Positions 57,080 through 64,000 of a stretch of 64,000 bases of DNA are shown in pieces. The translations under genes and the position numbers were made by a program. Origin of the DNA: a virus. The notes under the pieces are model-generated. The model was not told the DNA's origin, ran no database searches, and saw only the letters and a program-made list of their open reading frames with translations. Each line of letters opens with the position of its first letter. The first letter of the stretch is position 1. The stretch lies in the IMG/VR virus record IMGVR_UViG_3300036861_000495, positions 3,790-67,789 of that record; one strand, given 5' to 3'.

Positions 57080-58017
57080 ACCTGACCCCCGGGCCCGATG
57101 ACGAAGGCGCTGTCTTTGACCAGTAACGCCTTGTACCACGCCGGAACGCCACCGGCCACACCCCTAAGGATCTGAGGCATTGCCCACTCCACCAGTTTCT
57201 TGGCGATCTCGGCACCACATTCCCGCTCGACGTCGGCCCTCACTTCGACCATCAGCTTACCGATATCCTGCGGGGCGTTAACTAGCTCGCCCCGCTCGGC
57301 CAGGTGAATGACGGCCTTCTGGTACCGTGCCGGCGTCATCAGGGCGCCTACCAGCGCAGCCACGATGTCGTTCTTGTTGGGATTGGCAGATTTCCACTCG
57401 GCGGCATGGACTTCCCGGAAGGCGGCCGACACCCACTTCGCCATGAGCGGGTAGCGCTTCGAGTTGGGGTCCATCTCGGCGTAGTTCTTGACTACGACGC
57501 CTTCGATATTCTGACCGCCCAGAACGCTCATGGTGTTGAACCAGTCGCCCGCCAGGAATCCGGCCAGATCCATCGGACCTAAGTAGAGAGTAGGTACAGA
57601 TTCCAGACCGAGCCTGGTAGCTTCAGCTTTGAGTGCGTTCGGGACCATGAACCAGCCAGGAAGAAACTCGACATCGAAGAGAATGATGTTGTCGGCCGGG
57701 ATGCGATCATAGGAGAGGGCGTTGTGCTTCGGCTTGGACAGGTACTCGCCGCGGTATATGGTGCCCGGCAAAAGCCGGCTCTCCAGCCCTCGGATAGTTC
57801 TCACACCGGCAGCGAATAGCTTCTCGGGGCCGTCCGGCTGAATCTCGGCGCCCTTTGACCGGATACACAGTCTCGGCTCGGCACCCTCTGACGGAGACAC
57901 GATCCCGAAGCTGATCTGACTTCCGTCAATCTTCTCCTGCACCACGACAGGGTTATTCCAGAGACACTCGGTAGCCCGATGTTTGACGTGGTAGATTCCG
58001 GCGTAGCTCTCTAGCAC
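57076..58017 (-). CDS. RNA ligase, Rnl2-like
   Basis: QEKIDGSQ (KxDG), YRGE, LFDV, EGVVVK and MAKWVS motifs. Confidence 0.82.
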   Translation of the reverse strand: MLESYAGIYHVKHRATECLWNNPVVVQEKIDGSQISFGIVSPSEGAEPRLCIRSKGAEIQPDGPEKLFAAGVRTIRGLESRLLPGTIYRGEYLSKPKHNALSYDRIPADNIILFDVEFLPGWFMVPNALKAEATRLGLESVPTLYLGPMDLAGFLAGDWFNTMSVLGGQNIEGVVVKNYAEMDPNSKRYPLMAKWVSAAFREVHAAEWKSANPNKNDIVAALVGALMTPARYQKAVIHLAERGELVNAPQDIGKLMVEVRADVERECGAEIAKKLVEWAMPQILRGVAGGVPAWYKALLVKDSAFVIGPGGQV

Positions 58018-58030
58018 CCCTCTCCCCCTT

Positions 58031-58216
58031 CTAGGCGTCCGTCGCGCTCACGTACGGGTTGTGCCGGTTGCTGCCCGGCTCTGTGCATGGCTCGTTCAGG
58101 TCGTCCTCGTCGCCACCCGGCTCGATCGTACCATCGGCGAGCGCGATCTCGTTCTTGTCCTCAGATCCGCAATCAAGACAAAACGCCCCGGGCCATCCGC
58201 TCCACCTGTGATTCAT
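58031..58216 (-). CDS. Small Cys/His protein
   Basis: HRWSGWPGAFCLDCG; ATGA overlap. Confidence 0.55.
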   Translation of the reverse strand: MNHRWSGWPGAFCLDCGSEDKNEIALADGTIEPGGDEDDLNEPCTEPGSNRHNPYVSATDA

Positions 58217-58497
58217 TCTTTCACTCTCTTTCCGTTCTTTCGTGCCCGGATCAAGCCTTCCTGCACCTTGCAACGAAGCGCCTCCTCGATCAACGTCAGA
58301 GCCACCTCCTCGATCGACTTCCCGAACAGGCCAGTGCGGCCCAGGTCGTCGAGATATGGCACCAGCCTGGCCGGCAGCAGGACGGTGGACGATTCCGCGG
58401 TGTCGGCCAAAGCGACCGGCACGCGGCCGTCAGGTTCAGAGGCTGAGTCACTCAGCAAGATACTCTGCCGCCCGCCGGCACAACGCCGGGCTGTCAC
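58213..58497 (-). CDS. Hypothetical protein (start uncertain)
   Basis: YLDDLGRTGLFGKSIEEVA, RHH-like. Confidence 0.45.
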   Translation of the reverse strand: MTARRCAGGRQSILLSDSASEPDGRVPVALADTAESSTVLLPARLVPYLDDLGRTGLFGKSIEEVALTLIEEALRCKVQEGLIRARKNGKRVKE

Positions 58498-58900
58498 GAA
58501 GATTCCCGATCGCGAGATTGCAGTTGGAGCAGAGCAGGCCCCTCACGTCGCCGGTCGTATGATCGTGGTCCACGGCCAATTCCCCCATCACGCTGCTAGC
58601 CGCCCCACAGATAGCGCATTTACCGCCCTGTTCCTTCCACCGCTGCCGATACTCTTCATCGGATATGCCGTACCGCTTCAGCCGAGCCTTTGCGCGAGTG
58701 CTGTTCAGGTGATCCCGGCACAGCGACCGGCCTTCAAGTTTCGGTGCTCCGCATTCTGAACACTGAGTTTTCCTTCTCTCAGATGCGCAGCATGTATTGC
58801 ACAGCCCTCTGGAATGTGATCGTCGTTCTGGATGACACGTCGCTGGTCGTCTACCGGCGCCGCCCCACTTCGCCGTCCGGCCGATGGCGTCAAGGGTCAC
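58448..58900 (-). CDS. Endonuclease VII-like HNH
   Basis: YGIS...QGGKCAICG...LAVDHDHTTGDVRGLLCSNCN. Confidence 0.88.
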   Translation of the reverse strand: MTLDAIGRTAKWGGAGRRPATCHPERRSHSRGLCNTCCASERRKTQCSECGAPKLEGRSLCRDHLNSTRAKARLKRYGISDEEYRQRWKEQGGKCAICGAASSVMGELAVDHDHTTGDVRGLLCSNCNLAIGNLRDSPALCRRAAEYLAE

Positions 58901-59078
58901 TGCAGTCTCGCGTCATCCCGCACGCTTCGCAACGCAGCTTGCAGTGATGCTCGACCATGGCGTTGCCGCATTGATCGCAAAGGAATGGGGGCGCCGCCAC
59001 GTCAGGCATTGGCGGTTTCAATCCCCTTAGGGACACCGGGCCGGTCGGGTACGGCCGGTGCGCTCCCTCCAGGGCCAT
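58890..59078 (-). CDS. Small Zn-ribbon protein
   Basis: CDQCG...HCKLRCEACG...DCSD. Confidence 0.55.
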   Translation of the reverse strand: MALEGAHRPYPTGPVSLRGLKPPMPDVAAPPFLCDQCGNAMVEHHCKLRCEACGMTRDCSDP

Positions 59079-59090
59079 CGCCCTTGTCTG

Positions 59091-59498
59091 TCATTGCCTC
59101 ACCCGTTCTCGCGCATCTCTACGCCTATCGGCTTCTAGTCGGCATATTCGGCAACCCCTCATCCCTCCTGGGCTGATATATAGGTTCGTTCCTATATACT
59201 GATGTCCACCTGGACAGCTCGGCCGAGCCAACAGTCCATCGATGGATGCATCCCGCATATTGTCCACATGGTAACCACGATAAAGGTGCGCCGGATTGAA
59301 ACATGCCTTGTTGTTGCATGTATGGCACACCTCCGGACCTTCTCCCGGCAGGGTAATCAGGTCCGCCATGACGCGATGTACCCGCATCGTGCTGCCGGCC
59401 ACCTTGATGTGTCCGTACCCGCCGGAGTGGCATCCGGTCCAGATCCAGCACCACCCATCCACGGCCAGGTGTTTGAATAAACGGTCCGCCAGACTCAT
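59091..59498 (-). CDS. HNH endonuclease with CxxGH...CxxC tail
   Basis: CWIWTG...VHRV...HTCNNKACFNPAHL...N; CPGGH...NLYI...CRIC. Confidence 0.88.
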   Translation of the reverse strand: MSLADRLFKHLAVDGWCWIWTGCHSGGYGHIKVAGSTMRVHRVMADLITLPGEGPEVCHTCNNKACFNPAHLYRGYHVDNMRDASIDGLLARPSCPGGHQYIGTNLYISPGGMRGCRICRLEADRRRDARERVRQ

Positions 59499-60499
59499 CG
59501 CCGTACTTTATCATGAGCCTCTTCTAACATGTCCTGAAGAGTCGTCTCGAACGGTATCGACGGCGCCCAGCCCAACTCTTTGTTGATCTTGTCATAGCTG
59601 CCGCGCAACACGGGTACGTCAGACGGACGGAGTCGACTCTGGTCAAGGCGAATGTCTGCCTGATCCCGGGTCAGCCCGGCTAACTCTAGCAACTTGTCGA
59701 GCACGTCTCCGATGCTCCAGTCGAGCCCGCTGCACAGGTTGTAAACCTCGCCCGGCGTGCCGCGCATCAACAGGCCGTAGTAACCCCGGACGATATCCCG
59801 AACGTCAGTATAGTCACGCCTGGTAGTCAGGTCGCCAACGTGGATGATCGGGGCATCTTTGGTACCGGCTTTGATTTGTGCGGCGGCCCTGGCCACCTGG
59901 CGGGCGAAGTTGGACGTCACAAAGTGCTCGCCGCGACGCCGACCTTCGTGGTTAAAGGCCCTGGCCCGCACAATAGGTAAGCCATAAGAGCGATTGTATT
60001 GAAATCCTTGCAGGTCCTGGGCGATCTTGCTCACGGCGTACGGCGACAGCGGCCGTAGCGGCTGCTCCTCCGTGATGGGTAGCTCCTTCTCGTGAACCAG
60101 GCCATACTCTTCGCTCGACCCGATGATGAGGACCCTGGTCTCGATACCCTCTAGAGCATCCTTCAGGACTTCTTCCAGGAGGTTGGCCTGGCTCTGGATG
60201 TTGTTGGTCAGGGTATAGTGCGGCTGATCCCACGACGCCCGCACGAAGGACTGGGCGGCAAGGTGGATGATGTGCGTGAAGGGCCCGTTATCTCCCAGTA
60301 GGGCGCTGACCGAGGTCGGGTCCGTCAACTCGCAGTGCGCCAGATGTAGCTTCTGGTTCGGGACGATGTGGTCTAGGTTCTCGGTGTTCGAGCGCAGCCG
60401 GATGGCGGCGACCACATCATCGCCCTGGGCCAGGGCGTGTTCGATGAACCAACTTCCAACGAAGCCGGCAGCGCCCGTCACCAGGATGCGTCGACTCAT
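59495..60499 (-). CDS. GDP-mannose 4,6-dehydratase / Rmd-type extended SDR
   Basis: ITGAAGFVG-like Rossmann motif, HLAAQSFV, GSSEEYG, SPYAVSK, FNHEG, RDYTDVRD and RPSD motifs. Confidence 0.9.
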   Translation of the reverse strand: MSRRILVTGAAGFVGSWFIEHALAQGDDVVAAIRLRSNTENLDHIVPNQKLHLAHCELTDPTSVSALLGDNGPFTHIIHLAAQSFVRASWDQPHYTLTNNIQSQANLLEEVLKDALEGIETRVLIIGSSEEYGLVHEKELPITEEQPLRPLSPYAVSKIAQDLQGFQYNRSYGLPIVRARAFNHEGRRRGEHFVTSNFARQVARAAAQIKAGTKDAPIIHVGDLTTRRDYTDVRDIVRGYYGLLMRGTPGEVYNLCSGLDWSIGDVLDKLLELAGLTRDQADIRLDQSRLRPSDVPVLRGSYDKINKELGWAPSIPFETTLQDMLEEAHDKVRR

Positions 60500-60850
60500 C
60501 TAACTGGTGCCCCTGATGGTGCGCCGCAAGAGGTTCAGCACGTCGCCTCTGCGCCGGCTAGGACGATCGTTGTATTCAGTGATACTGCTACTGCGACTAC
60601 CATTACTCTGCCGCGGCAATTCAGACTTGACTCGCTCCATCGGGCCACCGATGTCTGCATCAAGACGATGTCCAGCCGCCACGATAGCTCCCTGAAGGCA
60701 GAATTTGCATGCGGATGGATCTCTGGGCGAGACCGCATACCCATACCGGGACGCGTCCACCGCATTTCGGTACTTTATCCATGTCCCTCGTGGGCTTATC
60801 AGTTTCAGGGCTAGCTTCAAGACTGCCCGATCTTCCGCCAGACCGCTCAT
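60500..60850 (-). CDS. DUF6197-like protein (start revised to ATG 60850)
   Basis: W.K...A......C.FCLQGAI...YND...DVLNLLRRTI; ATGA overlap. Confidence 0.6.
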   Translation of the reverse strand: MSGLAEDRAVLKLALKLISPRGTWIKYRNAVDASRYGYAVSPRDPSACKFCLQGAIVAAGHRLDADIGGPMERVKSELPRQSNGSRSSSITEYNDRPSRRRGDVLNLLRRTIRGTS

Positions 60851-61596
60851 CTGAGCCCCGGCAACAGGATGCCTCCACCTCCGAATAGCGCTCCGAGTCT
60901 TGCCAAGAGGCTCTCGGCGTCGACAAGGAGCGGAGAGCATGCCCTGTGTACGCTCTCGGAGACGTGGAAACCAGCCAGTTTGCGGTGCAGGGTGCGGCCC
61001 TCGGCATAAGTTGACCACACGCCGATCGGCTTCAGGGCGTCGCCCACTGTGCCGCCGTCGGGGATCTCGGCCAGAAGCGCCTCGGAACAGAGCACGCCAT
61101 CGGTATCGTTGGCAGCCTTGAAGATGTCTCGCCCCCTGGCTACGTCGGCCTTGGCGAGGCTGCGCAGAGAGTTGACCTGGGCGGCGATGTTCGAGTCGGA
61201 CGGCGCCAGTTGACCGGTTGGTGGAGTGGCACAGCCGGATACGAGAACCACCAGCACCACAGATGACACTGTCTCGATGGCACGGCGAAGCACTCCGAGA
61301 ACTTGATGCTTTCTGGTTGCCGTGAAGTCATTGAACTCGCACGTCTCCTCCGTGTCATAGCGCACCTGGATGGCGTCTCTGACGGCCCGCTGTGCGGCGT
61401 CTCGGGTCTTGTGGTGCGCCTTCAGGCGGTGGCCGGCCTCGGATACGGCGCCCTGGAGACACCATCGGCAGGCGTCAGCGTCACCCACCGCGACCTCGAT
61501 ACCAGCCCGATTTTTAGCGTCCGCGTCTTTGGTCCAGGCGCCGCGCACGATGAGCAGCTTTAGAGCACCACGTAGAACTGTGGCCACGTTAACCAT
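60847..61596 (-). CDS. DUF6197-like domain fused to a lipoprotein-like C-terminal part (start revised to ATG 61596)
   Basis: WTK...ACRWCLQGAV...FND...QVLGVLRRAI, then VVLVVLVSGC. Confidence 0.6.
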   Translation of the reverse strand: MVNVATVLRGALKLLIVRGAWTKDADAKNRAGIEVAVGDADACRWCLQGAVSEAGHRLKAHHKTRDAAQRAVRDAIQVRYDTEETCEFNDFTATRKHQVLGVLRRAIETVSSVVLVVLVSGCATPPTGQLAPSDSNIAAQVNSLRSLAKADVARGRDIFKAANDTDGVLCSEALLAEIPDGGTVGDALKPIGVWSTYAEGRTLHRKLAGFHVSESVHRACSPLLVDAESLLARLGALFGGGGILLPGLR

Positions 61597-62032
61597 TTGC
61601 TTCCCCCTTGCCCTTAAAGTCTTGCAGTATGGAGGCCGTCGCCGACATGGACACCTCTTCCGTGAAGTCTTCCATGGGCAGTTTACTGATACGCCAGGTG
61701 CGATCATAACTCCAGGTACTCGTCGTGATGGCGACAGCGAACAGGTGGCCGACACAGGGTTCGAAAGTGGCCCGGCTGACCAGCATGATCCTCACGATGA
61801 GATTAAACGAGCTCTGCCACTGGCGAATCGGAGCGAAGTCCAGCACATCGACCACCGCGGCTACGGCGTGGACGTGAAAGCCGTCTGGACCTTTATGCTC
61901 TACTACGATCATGTCGCCGACCCCGTAGTCCTCAGGGACAGGCTTAGCGGCCTTGTCGCGGCGAGCCTTGCGGCGCTTGGCTTCCTCGCGAATCACCTGC
62001 TCCGCGGTGTCTGGCCCGTGTTGGCGACTCAT
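61589..62032 (-). CDS. Hypothetical protein
   Basis: ATGA overlap with the upstream ORF. Confidence 0.55.
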   Translation of the reverse strand: MSRQHGPDTAEQVIREEAKRRKARRDKAAKPVPEDYGVGDMIVVEHKGPDGFHVHAVAAVVDVLDFAPIRQWQSSFNLIVRIMLVSRATFEPCVGHLFAVAITTSTWSYDRTWRISKLPMEDFTEEVSMSATASILQDFKGKGEANG

Positions 62033-62388
62033 TGCCACCCGCCAGTCGGAGCCCACTTCGGAGGCTGAGCCATAACGTGCTCCGAGATGAGCCGAGACAG
62101 CATCTCTACCCCCTTCAGGACGCCTCGGTCAAAGACGTCCCCCTCGATCATGTGGATCTTCAGCGCCCCGTCCTCGGAGTGACAGCGTACCACCTTGGGA
62201 GCCTTGTAGGGCGGCGGCGGCGGGCAATCGGCCGCTATGGTCCCAGATCCGATCTGCTTCCTGTCCTCCAGGTAACAAAACAGAACCTCCAGAAGAGGGT
62301 GCCATCCCTTTCCCACACAGTCCTGTGCCATGCCTAGAGTGAATCCGCTTAGGGCATAGGCTCCTGGGTGTTGCTCGCCGCTCGACAT
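62029..62388 (-). CDS. Hypothetical phage protein
   Basis: CVGKGWHPLL motif; TAATG coupling. Confidence 0.6.
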   Translation of the reverse strand: MSSGEQHPGAYALSGFTLGMAQDCVGKGWHPLLEVLFCYLEDRKQIGSGTIAADCPPPPPYKAPKVVRCHSEDGALKIHMIEGDVFDRGVLKGVEMLSRLISEHVMAQPPKWAPTGGWQ

Positions 62389-62579
62389 TAGTAGGGGATA
62401 TCCGAGTCACAGGCCGGATCGTCGTGTGGCGGTGGCTCGGCGGGAGGCATGCCCGGAGTCTCGTTGTTATGGAGCCATTCCAGGAACTCGTCGGCCTGGT
62501 GCGTCACCGCGTATACAGACGATGCTGTCCCTTGATGGACTCTAGCGGCGGCCATAAGAGCTATCTGTACTCGCGTCAT
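62388..62579 (-). CDS. Hypothetical protein
   Basis: GAGGTGGAG SD; ends DIPY. Confidence 0.6.
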   Translation of the reverse strand: MTRVQIALMAAARVHQGTASSVYAVTHQADEFLEWLHNNETPGMPPAEPPPHDDPACDSDIPY

Positions 62580-62721
62580 CTCTCCACCTCTACCGTGTTA
62601 TATGCCACGCGCGACGGCTTGACCGCAAGCGGCTATTGAACTAGGAATCCAAGCATCCAGTACCAGATCGCGTGGCCCACGGCGGTGCCTATCGCGACAG
62701 CCAAAGCAAGGCGCCAGATCG

Positions 62722-63105
62722 TCACCGTCGGATTGCTCTAGGATCGCCCAGGATGCGGCCCGTGTTTCTTTCCACCTGCACCGCGCGATCGTCATACAAA
62801 CACACCATCGCGTAATCCTTCGAGGCTGTCACCGGCAGAACCTTGCCGAGATGCTTCAGACACCACCGCTCGATCGGCGGGACGGTCAGCCTCACATCGT
62901 TCGAGTCCCCGGCCCGAGCTGTGAAGATGCGCACGTCCACACCATTGGCTATCCATCTCCTGACGCGCTCGACCATGGCCGGGATCGGTCTGCCGATGTC
63001 TTCCGGTTGCCACCTTGCCGGTTCGATGCCGGGGATCGGCCACTCGACAAGTGTGCCATCGAAGTCCACGCCCAACCACGGCGATCTCTCACCGGTGCCG
63101 CTCAT
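62722..63105 (-). CDS. HAD-superfamily phosphatase (PNK/phosphatase-like)
   Basis: VDFDGTL, IFTAR, K and LYDDRA motifs. Confidence 0.82.
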   Translation of the reverse strand: MSGTGERSPWLGVDFDGTLVEWPIPGIEPARWQPEDIGRPIPAMVERVRRWIANGVDVRIFTARAGDSNDVRLTVPPIERWCLKHLGKVLPVTASKDYAMVCLYDDRAVQVERNTGRILGDPRAIRR

Positions 63106-63286
63106 CTTCCCCTCTTGCGGTAGATATTGTGGCCGCGTTCACAGACGTGCCACCGGCTATGTTGCTGGCGGGTGTTCTTGCCGCTGCCCTTGCCGACAGG
63201 AAACTTCAACCTCGTTTCCGTGCCGTCGACGGGACAGGTGCCGGTCGTGGTGGCGCTGCCGCTCTTGGTGGCGACACGGTCGGCTG

Positions 63287-63700
63287 TCATCGGCCGGCCC
63301 ACCACTTTCTACCGGTGGCTCTCTTGCATACCAAGCAGCGCCGTCGACCATGGTCGATGTATAGGTTTTCACCAGAGTAGGGGTGACCGGATGGACAATG
63401 CGTCTTACGCTGGTTGCTAAAGCGCCGCTTCCGGGAGGCGTCACGCATATTGTCCTTCATAGTTCCGCGGCGCAAATGGCCCGGATTGAGACACGGCGGG
63501 TTGTCACAGGAGTGCAGGACGTCAGGGCCGTCGCCGCCGAGCCCTATCGCGTCAGCCATCAGCCTATGGGTGAGTTGCGGTCCTCCGTTTACACTCAGCC
63601 GTCCGTATCCATGAGCGTCTCGGCTTCTGCCCCATTCCCAACAGTTGCCCTGGATAACCACGCCGTCTAGCAGCCTATCGAGTAAATCGGACTCGGACAC
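63287..63700 (-). CDS. HNH endonuclease with CxxGH...CxxC tail (start revised to GTG 63700)
   Basis: CWEW...THRL...HSCDNPPCLNPGHL...N; HCPSGHPYSGENLYI...CLVC. Confidence 0.88.
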   Translation of the reverse strand: MSESDLLDRLLDGVVIQGNCWEWGRSRDAHGYGRLSVNGGPQLTHRLMADAIGLGGDGPDVLHSCDNPPCLNPGHLRRGTMKDNMRDASRKRRFSNQRKTHCPSGHPYSGENLYIDHGRRRCLVCKRATGRKWWAGR

Positions 63701-63744
63701 CAGATACCTCCCTGTCGCCTCCGCTCGACGTAGGCCGGACATCC

Positions 63745-64000
63745 TTACAGGCCCAGATCGAGCTGCTGCATCACCTTGGCCAGATCCTTGAGGACAGGTC
63801 GCCATGCTCCGTGGCGCTGAACCTCAGGAAGGAAACCCTCCCAGTCGTGCCCGCGCAGCTTCCATTCGCCCAGCACGCCGTCCTCGTCCACTCCCCGACC
63901 GGCTAGATGCAACAACTCATGATCAAGCAGGGCGAACCTCTGGGCTTGATCCAGGATGGCCCACTGCTCGGTGTCGACCTCGATCACGTAGTCCGGGTTC
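63745..64000 (-). CDS. Putative phage metallopeptidase, 5'-truncated by the window edge
   Basis: ALLDHELLH...HDWEGF...RHG.W motif. Confidence 0.75.
   Translation of the reverse strand, partial: NPDYVIEVDTEQWAILDQAQRFALLDHELLHLAGRGVDEDGVLGEWKLRGHDWEGFLPEVQRHGAWRPVLKDLAKVMQQLDLGL

Noticed and set aside
4761-63805. Long N-terminal extensions in the ORF track (5750, 8353, 11295, 36460, 40120, 51525, 54377, 61755, 63805)
   Set aside because: They overlap upstream genes or the tRNA-like element. Internal starts with an SD or stop-start coupling fit better.
1-64000. Numerous plus-strand ORFs in the track (e.g. 14477-15421, 34491-35261, 45057-45785)
   Set aside because: They are antisense shadows of GC-rich minus-strand genes with no recognisable motifs. 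Only 9940-10496 fill real gaps.
1-64000. Genome-wide TGA recoding as the explanation for the in-frame UGA at 51800
   Set aside because: Many well-defined genes end in TGA with ATGA/GTGA coupling, so TGA is a normal stop here.

Overview
This is a 64-kb internal segment of a GC-rich tailed dsDNA phage genome with podovirus-like gene content. Almost all genes are on the minus strand. No integrase, rRNA or CRISPR array is visible. In transcription order (right to left) the window holds: (1) an accessory/nucleotide region (HAD phosphatase, GDP-sugar SDR, Rnl2-type RNA ligase, dCMP deaminase, RusA); (2) terminase large subunit, metallophosphoesterase, DUF5664-like protein, a non-canonical tRNA-Met-like element and two glycosyltransferases; (3) P22-like portal, scaffold and N4-gp56-type major capsid protein; (4) a morphogenesis block in which an O-antigen-ligase-family membrane enzyme sits among six signal-peptide-bearing proteins, including a tailspike; (5) adaptor/nozzle, ejection-type proteins and a 4367-aa DarB-like polyvalent protein (2H phosphoesterase, KOW, N6-MTase, SF2 helicase, LPD38-like); (6) lysis genes; (7) a recombination/replication operon with iteron-like repeats; (8) a pseudaminic/nonulosonic-acid biosynthesis cluster running off the left edge. 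Most notable: a possible phage-encoded export-and-glycosylate system for virion proteins; a codon-biased TnpV-like gene fully nested in another frame of the giant gene; an Acb1-like domain in that protein; a small protein carrying a copy of the capsid N-terminal arm; and a PLA2-like ORF with an in-frame UGA followed by a SECIS-like hairpin. All family assignments come from motif recognition by eye, not from database searches.
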